Below are positions 57,660-64,000 of a stretch of DNA of 64,000 nt, piece after piece. The notes beneath the pieces were generated by a model. It had not been told where the DNA came from and did not search any database. It saw only the letters and a list, made by a program, of their open reading frames with translations. Location: NCBI GenBank assembly GCA_014801535.1, contig JAAVEA010000006.1:51433-115432 (forward strand), in the 5' to 3' direction. The stretch's first letter is position 1, and every line of letters begins with the position of its first letter. The DNA comes from Bacteroides sp. (GTDB lineage Bacteria > Bacteroidota > Bacteroidia > Bacteroidales > Muribaculaceae). The translations under genes were made by a program, and so were the position numbers.

Positions 57660-58901
57660 GTGAATAATAAGATAACAATGCCTGCACTCGTGGCTCTACT
57701 TGCCCTGAAGTCGGGACTTTCAAAAGAAAAAAGCGAAGAATTTCTCAAGGAGTTCTTCAAACTGATCTCAGACACTCTCAAAGAAGGGGAAAGTGTTAAG
57801 ATAAAAGCATTGGGTACATTTAAGATCATGAGTGTAGAAACTCGTAAAAGCGTGAATGTAACTAATGGAGAGGAGATTGTAATCCCGGGTCATAACCGTA
57901 TAGTATTTGTTCCCTCGCGGGAAATTGCTGATGAAATTAATGCTCCTTTCAGCATGTTTGATTCAGTAGAATTGAATCCGGAAGCTGAAGAGGAGATAAT
58001 GTCTTCTCTTTTTACGGAAGAGATTGTTTCCCAATCAGAACCTGTCGCTCAACCTTCTCTGCCTATTAGTGAGAAAGGGGAAGAGGAAGAAGAATTGATA
58101 ATTGAAAACGAGAAAAATGACGAGAAGATAATCGAAGAGGAAAAAGCTGATGAGGAAATAGTTGAGGGGAAAGAAAGCGGGAATATAGAAGAGAACGCGG
58201 TAGATGTAGAAGAGAAAAAGGATATAGAAGAGAAAAAAGAGACAGTCGAAGAAAAGGAGAAAGATGATAATAATGAAATACGAGAGGAAGAGGAAGAAAT
58301 AAAAGGAGAGATTGATAAGGGAGAAAATAATGAAGAGGAGATAGTGGTGAAAAAGGGGAAAGGGAAAATGCGTTTTGCGATGGGCTTTATCAGCGGTCTT
58401 GTGGCGGCCATGCTATTAGCCGGAGCCGGATACTATTTCGCCGTATATAGAAATTTGGACAACCTGGAGAATAATCAGGAGACAGTTGAAAATCCGGCAG
58501 ATACTACTCCTGATGCTGTGAAGGACTTGACAGAGGAAGCTGATGGAAATCTTATGGAGGAGGTTCAGCCCGAGGCCACCGACAGTAGTGCGATTCGCGA
58601 GGTTACTCCAAAGGAAGAATCTCCTGTAGCAGAGACACAGCCATCGGATAAGGTGGTAAAGGATATTATAGGTCCTCATAACTATCTTACCACAATGGCT
58701 CAACGTCATTACGGAGATTATAATCTTTGGGCATATATCTATGAAGAGAACAAAAGCTTTCTGGGTCATCCCGATCGTATAAAACCGGGGACGGAAGTGG
58801 TAGTGCCTCCATTATCGAAATATGGTATAGACCCTAAGAATCCGGATGATGTTAAGAAAGCAAAGCGTTTGGGCATAGAGATTTACAAGCGGTTCAAATA
58901 G
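57660..58901 (+). CDS. HU-domain protein with acidic linker, TM helix and C-terminal LysM-like domain
   Basis: LGTFK..RKSVNVTNGEEI..FVPS; Glu-rich tract; TM helix; LTTMAQRHYG..WAYIYEEN..PDRIKPGT; GTG start. Confidence 0.8.
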   Translation: MNNKITMPALVALLALKSGLSKEKSEEFLKEFFKLISDTLKEGESVKIKALGTFKIMSVETRKSVNVTNGEEIVIPGHNRIVFVPSREIADEINAPFSMFDSVELNPEAEEEIMSSLFTEEIVSQSEPVAQPSLPISEKGEEEEELIIENEKNDEKIIEEEKADEEIVEGKESGNIEENAVDVEEKKDIEEKKETVEEKEKDDNNEIREEEEEIKGEIDKGENNEEEIVVKKGKGKMRFAMGFISGLVAAMLLAGAGYYFAVYRNLDNLENNQETVENPADTTPDAVKDLTEEADGNLMEEVQPEATDSSAIREVTPKEESPVAETQPSDKVVKDIIGPHNYLTTMAQRHYGDYNLWAYIYEENKSFLGHPDRIKPGTEVVVPPLSKYGIDPKNPDDVKKAKRLGIEIYKRFK

Positions 58902-58969
58902 GTATACGATGAGGAAGATTCCTATGATGAAAAGGATTCTGAGGATGAAGATTATTACTGATAAGAAAT

Positions 58970-59004
58970 AAAATAAAGGATGTTGAGACATCCTTTATTT
59001 TTTT
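58970..59004 (+). terminator. Intrinsic terminator
   Basis: AAAATAAAGGATGT-TGAG-ACATCCTTTATTTT followed by T-tract. Confidence 0.8.
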
Positions 59005-59114
59005 AGGCTATTGAAGTTGTTTAAACTAAGGCTCCGGTAGAAATATTTGATAACGGAGGCTTTGAGAGAAGACATAGCCGATGCCGTAAACGTTAAGGGG
59101 ATAGGACAGTTTTA

Positions 59115-59296
59115 GAAACTGTTTAAATTTATGACGAAATTTTTATTACCAGTCTAATATGCCATGATTTCAAGAATCTTTTAGGCGCTTTTTGCGTGAC
59201 TCATCAGTCGTGATGCCCGCATCACTCCTTCTTCATCACACAAAAATCATCCAAAAATCTTCTCAAAATCATTGGCACATAAATTTAAACAGTTTC
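59115..59296. mobile_element. 182-bp MITE with 19-bp perfect terminal inverted repeats and TTA target duplication (IS5-family-like)
   Basis: GAAACTGTTTAAATTTATG (59115-59133) / CATAAATTTAAACAGTTTC (59278-59296); TTA at 59112-59114 and 59297-59299. Confidence 0.8.
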
Positions 59297-59322
59297 TTAG
59301 AGAAGTATAAACAAGGAATAAT

Positions 59323-59353
59323 AAAAAAGAGTCAGTTTCTAACTGACTCTTTT
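59323..59353 (-). terminator. Terminator of tRNA-Cys
   Basis: AAAAGAGTCAGTT..AACTGACTCTTTT stem. Confidence 0.75.
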
Positions 59354-59357
59354 AGAG

Positions 59358-59428
59358 AGGTTCCAACCAGATTCGAACTGGTGTGAACGGTTTTGCAGAC
59401 CGGTACCTAACCACTCGGACATGGAACC
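59358..59428 (-). tRNA. tRNA-Cys (GCA)
   Basis: GGTTCCA/TGGAACC acceptor stem, CT-GCA-AA anticodon loop, ACCAG-TTCGAAT-CTGGT T arm; TAACTTTG promoter at 59445-59452. Confidence 0.95.
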
Positions 59429-59578
59429 TTTTCGATTACGGATGCAAAGTTAAGACTTTATTTTGAACTGTGCAAATTTTTTTAAAGTAAATATCTAATT
59501 TCATTAAAAAATTAACAATTTTAAGTAGTTTTACGTTTAAGTTTTGTGTAGACAATTATTAATTGGTAATTTTGCACT

Positions 59579-60784
59579 ATGGCTGATCCCCGAACACTCT
59601 TAAATGGAAATGACCCAGCGGAAGGACTCTACGGTATCTTTAATGATAGCTTTCCTCCGATTCTTGATGGGGTAACCCTCACTGTGCAGAATTATGTGTA
59701 TTGGTTGTCGCAAAAGGGGATGACTCCGTGTGTGGTGACTCCGTGGAATCCGCAACAGTTACAATATCCTTATGAGGTGATGCGATATTTCTCGCTTCCT
59801 ATCTGGAACCGAAAACCGTATCGTTACGGATATCCCAAGCTTGACCCCTTTATCTGGAAAAGATTGAGGAATACGAATTTTAAACTCCTTCATTCTCACT
59901 GTCCATTCTCTTCCGGGAGACTGGCCGTATATGTAAAGAAAAAACAGAACCTACCTTTAATCGGAACTTTTCATTCCAAATATCGTCAGGATCTGGAACA
60001 TTCATTCCGCAATGCGCCGTGGTGTGTCCCTATTATTATGAAGAGAATTTTAGATTTCTTCAATGCTTGCGATGAGGTGTGGATTCCTCAGGCTTATGTT
60101 GAGGATACGGTGAGAGAATATGGATATAAAGGGAAACTGTCTGTTGTGGAGAATGGAAATGATTTTGCCACAATGGTTAAGGGCGATCTTTTTGATTATA
60201 AAAAGAAGGCTCGTGTCTCGACCGGAATTGCCGATGATGAGATTGCACTTCTTTTTGTGGGACAACATATAAAAGAGAAAGGCGTCGATACAATACTTGA
60301 TACGCTTGAGCTCCTTGATGGGAAAATAAAATTCAGAATGAATTTTATTGGAAACGGCTATGCGTATGAAGAAATGAAACGGCGGGTCGCATCTAAACGT
60401 CTTTCCGACAGGGTGACGTTTCACGGGGTCATTAACGAACGTGAAGATCTCGCCAGATATTATGCTGCATCCGATCTGTTCCTGTTCCCCTCCTTTTATG
60501 ATAATGCTCCGCTGGTTGTGAGAGAAGCGGCGGCTATGGGCACCCCCTCCGTTTTGCTTGAAGGATCTACAGCCGCGGAGGTTGTCAGCGATCGAAAGAA
60601 TGGGTTTCTCGTGAAGAAAACATCTGAGGAATTCTGTAGTCTTATAGCCAAGTTGGCCGATGATAAAGATGATTTGAGGAGGGTGGCGGCCGGAGCCCGT
60701 GAAACTCTCGTAAGAAGTTGGGAAGATGTGGTGGAGGAGGTTTCAGACAGATATGATGTGATAATAAGAAATTATAAGAAGTGA
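59579..60784 (+). CDS. Glycosyltransferase family 4 (glycolipid synthase-like)
   Basis: DSFPPILDGV, HSHCPF, TFHSKY, LFVGQ..EKG, DLFLFPS.YDNAPLVVREAAA. Confidence 0.85.
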   Translation: MADPRTLLNGNDPAEGLYGIFNDSFPPILDGVTLTVQNYVYWLSQKGMTPCVVTPWNPQQLQYPYEVMRYFSLPIWNRKPYRYGYPKLDPFIWKRLRNTNFKLLHSHCPFSSGRLAVYVKKKQNLPLIGTFHSKYRQDLEHSFRNAPWCVPIIMKRILDFFNACDEVWIPQAYVEDTVREYGYKGKLSVVENGNDFATMVKGDLFDYKKKARVSTGIADDEIALLFVGQHIKEKGVDTILDTLELLDGKIKFRMNFIGNGYAYEEMKRRVASKRLSDRVTFHGVINEREDLARYYAASDLFLFPSFYDNAPLVVREAAAMGTPSVLLEGSTAAEVVSDRKNGFLVKKTSEEFCSLIAKLADDKDDLRRVAAGARETLVRSWEDVVEEVSDRYDVIIRNYKK

Positions 60785-60785
60785 T

Positions 60786-61877
60786 ATGAAACCCACAACA
60801 GAATCGTCATCCGTTAAAAAAGGGGGAAACACGTTCTCTTTCTGGAAGGTGCTTCTTCCGGTGGTTATCGGTCTTGGTGTTGTGGCATATATGTTTATGA
60901 GAGATGCCCGCAAGGAGGATTTCTCAGCTGTAATGTCAACGATGCATTTCGATTTCCGGAGTGTAATATGTATAATTCTCGGTTTTCTGTGTATGTTCGG
61001 GCGAGATTTCGGACTCACATGGCGATTCCGTGCGTTGACCGATAGAAAACTCTCGTGGAAACAGGCATGGAAAGTAGACATGCTTTGTGAATTTACCAAC
61101 TGTGTCACCCCCTCGGCTGTTGGTGGAAGCTCTTTGGGAATGGTGTTCCTTAATTCACAGGGAATTGAGATGGGACGGGCCACAACACTTATGCTCACCA
61201 CGCTTTTTATGGATGAGTTGTTCTTTGTGGTGGCGTGTCCCTTCATCGTGCTTTTTACTTCTTCTACCGATATCTTCGCTTCTACCGGAACCGGCTTCTC
61301 ACACGGAATCAAATATACATTCTGGGTAGTTTACTTTATAATCACCCTATGGACCTTTATTTTATTCACCGGGATAATATGGAAACCGGCATGGATAAAG
61401 AAAACATTATATAAGATCTCAGGCTGGAGATGGTTGAAAAAATGGGGTTCGCAGATAAGCGGACTCGGCGATAATATGGTTGCCACATCTGTGGAGCTCA
61501 GAAAGAAGCCCTTCTCATTCTGGTTGGAGGTGTTCTGGGGCACGGCGCTTGCATGGACATCGCGTTATCTTGTGGTGAACGTTCTTTTCCTTGGCTTTAT
61601 CCCGGCAGACGACCGTTATCAATGGGTTATACTTGCGCGTCAGTTCGTGATATGGGTGGTGCTGATGGTGAGTCCAACTCCGGGAGGCGCCGGACTGAGT
61701 GAATGGCTTTTTTCTGAATATTATGGAGATATGGTTTCGGGTGCGGGGATCGCGCTTGTCTTGGCTATCTTCTGGCGTTTGATAACCTACTATCTATATT
61801 TAGTCATCGGAGCGGTTATGGTTCCTGCATGGCTTAAAAAAACAATAGAACAACATCATCAAAAGGAAAAACAATGA
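60786..61877 (+). CDS. Lysylphosphatidylglycerol-synthase TM / flippase-like membrane protein (UPF0104)
   Basis: Multiple TM helices, TPSAVGG, PTPGGAGLSE, WRLITYY. Confidence 0.8.
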   Translation: MKPTTESSSVKKGGNTFSFWKVLLPVVIGLGVVAYMFMRDARKEDFSAVMSTMHFDFRSVICIILGFLCMFGRDFGLTWRFRALTDRKLSWKQAWKVDMLCEFTNCVTPSAVGGSSLGMVFLNSQGIEMGRATTLMLTTLFMDELFFVVACPFIVLFTSSTDIFASTGTGFSHGIKYTFWVVYFIITLWTFILFTGIIWKPAWIKKTLYKISGWRWLKKWGSQISGLGDNMVATSVELRKKPFSFWLEVFWGTALAWTSRYLVVNVLFLGFIPADDRYQWVILARQFVIWVVLMVSPTPGGAGLSEWLFSEYYGDMVSGAGIALVLAIFWRLITYYLYLVIGAVMVPAWLKKTIEQHHQKEKQ

Positions 61878-62638
61878 AGTTTCTTGCAATTATACCGGCA
61901 CGCTATTCATCAAGCCGATTCCCGGGCAAACCGCTTGCTAAAATTTGCGGAGAAGAGATGATAGTGCGAGTATGCCGCAGGGTTTCCGAAGCAGGTATAG
62001 AGTGTCTTGTGGCAACCGATGACCAAAGAATATATGAGTGTGTAGAAAGAGCCGGTTTCCACGCGGTCATGACCTCCGAAAAATGTGGCAGCGGCACTGA
62101 GAGAGTAGAGGAAGCATATCGCAACATCGGTTCGGATGCAGATGTGGTGATAAATGTTCAGGGTGACGAACCTTTCATTCACAAAGAACAGATTGAGACG
62201 TTGAAGAATATTTTTGAACAGCATCCCTCGACCCAGATAGCCACCCTCGTTAGGAGATACACCCCCGAATCCGGATTTGAAGGGCTGAAAGATCCTAATC
62301 TCGTAAAAGTGGTTTTGGCGGATTCAGGCAAAGCATTATATTTTTCGCGCAGTGTGATACCATATGTAAGAAATATACGGGAGGAGGATTGGTTGAGGAA
62401 TGTGGTGTTTCATACACATATCGGAATATATGCTTATACCGCCGTTACATTGAAAAATATAGTGTCGTTACCTGTGTCAACTCTTGAAAAAGCAGAGAGT
62501 CTCGAGCAGCTGAGATGGCTTCAGAACGGATATGAAATACAGACCGCCGACAGCGATTATGAAACCATAGGAATTGACACTCCTGCCGATCTTAAAGCTG
62601 CCGAGGAATATTTAAGAAGGCTTACTGAAGACAGGTGA
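61874..62638 (+). CDS. kdsB: CMP-KDO synthetase
   Basis: IPARYSSSRFPGKPL, VATDD, SGTER, NVQGDEP, LEQLRWL. Confidence 0.96.
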   Translation: MKFLAIIPARYSSSRFPGKPLAKICGEEMIVRVCRRVSEAGIECLVATDDQRIYECVERAGFHAVMTSEKCGSGTERVEEAYRNIGSDADVVINVQGDEPFIHKEQIETLKNIFEQHPSTQIATLVRRYTPESGFEGLKDPNLVKVVLADSGKALYFSRSVIPYVRNIREEDWLRNVVFHTHIGIYAYTAVTLKNIVSLPVSTLEKAESLEQLRWLQNGYEIQTADSDYETIGIDTPADLKAAEEYLRRLTEDR

Positions 62639-62810
62639 GCCGGTAACAATTCAGCGGACAAGCCGAATCAAATTGTTAAAAAATTTTTTTTGCGAGACTG
62701 TCTTGAAAAATAATTGCATAAAAATGACTATCTTTGCAAGTCAAAATATTCAAATGGGCTTAAAATGCCCCGGTCAATTGAAATTAAGGTAAAAAGACAA
62801 CATACGAATC

Positions 62811-64000
62811 ATGAAAAAGAGCGCACTTCAAAGAGTGAGAGCTGAGTATCAGCCAAAATTGCCCAAGGACCTTCAGGGCGCAGTAAAAGTCAAATTTGGT
62901 GAGGCTACTCAATCTGTGGCCGACCAGGAAGAGATAGCATCTCTTTTCCCTCATACTTATGGTATGCCGATCGTTCAGTTCGAGAACGAAGAGAATCCTG
63001 AGCGTGTAGAAGAACCGTTCAATGTAGGTATCATCCTTTCTGGTGGTCAGGCTCCAGGCGGCCACAACGTTGTGAGCGGTATCTTCGACGGTCTTAAGAT
63101 GCTTAACAAAGAAAATCGTCTTTACGGCTTCCTTATGGGTCCTTCCGGCTTTATAGATCACCAGTATATGGAGCTTACAGCCGGATATATCAAGGATTTC
63201 CGCAATACAGGTGGTTTCGACATCATCGGTTCAGGACGTACGAAACTTGAATATCCTGAGCAGTTTGACAAGGGTCTGAAGGTGCTCAAAGAACTCAACA
63301 TCAAGGCTCTCGTAATTATCGGTGGTGACGACTCCAACACCAACGCCGCAGTTTTGGCCGAATATTACAAGAATATCGGTGCAGGCGTTCAGGTGATCGG
63401 TGTGCCAAAGACAATCGATGGTGACCTTAAGAACAAATGGATTGAGACCTCTTTCGGTTTTGATACTGCCTGCAAGGTATATAGTGAGGTTATCGGTAAC
63501 ATCCAGCGCGACTGTAACTCAGCGAAGAAGTATTACCACTTCATCAAGCTCATGGGTCGCTCCGCTTCCCATATCGCACTTGAGTGCGCACTTGAGACCC
63601 AGCCCAATATCTGCCTCATCTCTGAGGAGATTCTCGCGAAGCGCATGACTCTCGACAATATTGTGAATTATATCTGCTATGTTATTGCCGAGCGTGCTAA
63701 GATGGGCTGGAATTTCGGTACTGTTCTTATTCCCGAGGGTCTTATCGAGTTTATCCCTTCAGTGAAAAGCCTTATCTCTGAGCTTAATGATGTTCTTGTG
63801 GAGTTTGCATCTGAACTTGAGGGTAAAGATGATGATGAGAAGTTGAATATCATTCATTCTCACCTCACTCCGGTGAATGCAGATCTTTATAAGTCTCTTC
63901 CCAAGCACATCGCTCTTCAGCTCAGTCTCGACCGCGATAGCCATGGTAACGTTCAGGTGTCTCTTATCGAGACTGAAAGCCTCCTGAGCGAGATGGTGGC
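62811..64000 (+). CDS. pfp: PPi-dependent phosphofructokinase (3'-truncated by window; not in the ORF track)
   Basis: Manual translation MKKSALQRVRAEYQPKLP...SGGQAPGGHNV, GGDDSNT, PKTIDGD, MGRSASH; TATCTTTG promoter at 62729-62736. Confidence 0.93.
   Translation, partial: MKKSALQRVRAEYQPKLPKDLQGAVKVKFGEATQSVADQEEIASLFPHTYGMPIVQFENEENPERVEEPFNVGIILSGGQAPGGHNVVSGIFDGLKMLNKENRLYGFLMGPSGFIDHQYMELTAGYIKDFRNTGGFDIIGSGRTKLEYPEQFDKGLKVLKELNIKALVIIGGDDSNTNAAVLAEYYKNIGAGVQVIGVPKTIDGDLKNKWIETSFGFDTACKVYSEVIGNIQRDCNSAKKYYHFIKLMGRSASHIALECALETQPNICLISEEILAKRMTLDNIVNYICYVIAERAKMGWNFGTVLIPEGLIEFIPSVKSLISELNDVLVEFASELEGKDDDEKLNIIHSHLTPVNADLYKSLPKHIALQLSLDRDSHGNVQVSLIETESLLSEMV

Noticed and set aside
58070-58350. 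Purine-rich GAA/GAG tract as a repeat array
   Set aside because: Explained by the Glu-rich protein linker.
59192-59386. 64-aa ORF on the + strand
   Set aside because: It runs through the MITE, terminator and tRNA; not a transposase fragment I can recognise.
59300-59430. tRNA-Cys as an integration site for an island
   Set aside because: No integrase and no duplicated tRNA 3' end seen in the window.
1-64000. CRISPR array, prophage, integrase, invertible promoter
   Set aside because: No repeat-spacer array, cas, phage or recombinase gene was recognised by eye.

Overview
Bacteroidales chromosome segment, probably Muribaculaceae-like (inferred from gene order, protein sequences and many TAnnTTTG -7 promoter motifs). 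About 1-37.5 kb and 55.6-64 kb are mostly housekeeping: etfBA/acyl-CoA dehydrogenase, rpsF-rpsR-rplI, dnaN-exonuclease-coaBC-recN-rlmB, nusB-yajC-coaE, htpG, a complete gcvT-H-PA-PB-lpd operon, rplS, gpmI, ferritin, rpmH (absent from the ORF track), efp, radC, tnaA, HU proteins, tRNA-Cys, kdsB and a partial pfp. About 37.6-55.5 kb is accessory-looking: three TonB-receptor-like beta-barrels, an ECF sigma/anti-sigma cassette, a two-component system and a GNAT toxin-antitoxin-like pair. The best candidate for an undescribed system is a tight three-gene operon at 53516-55466 (- strand). It encodes an orphan PFL-activase-like radical SAM enzyme and two exported proteins. These two share a near-identical 53-aa Cys-rich N-terminal module, containing its own CX3CX2C motif, placed in front of an internal signal peptide, and they carry repeated hydrophobic-x-Gly-Glu-hydrophobic motifs. 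Non-coding signals include two perfect zero-spacer palindromes (68 and 48 bp), an ERIC-like 127-bp element and an IS5-type MITE that share a covarying core, four dispersed REP-like palindromes and a 22-bp tandem duplication of the radC 3' end. Family names come from motif recognition and recall, not from database searches.
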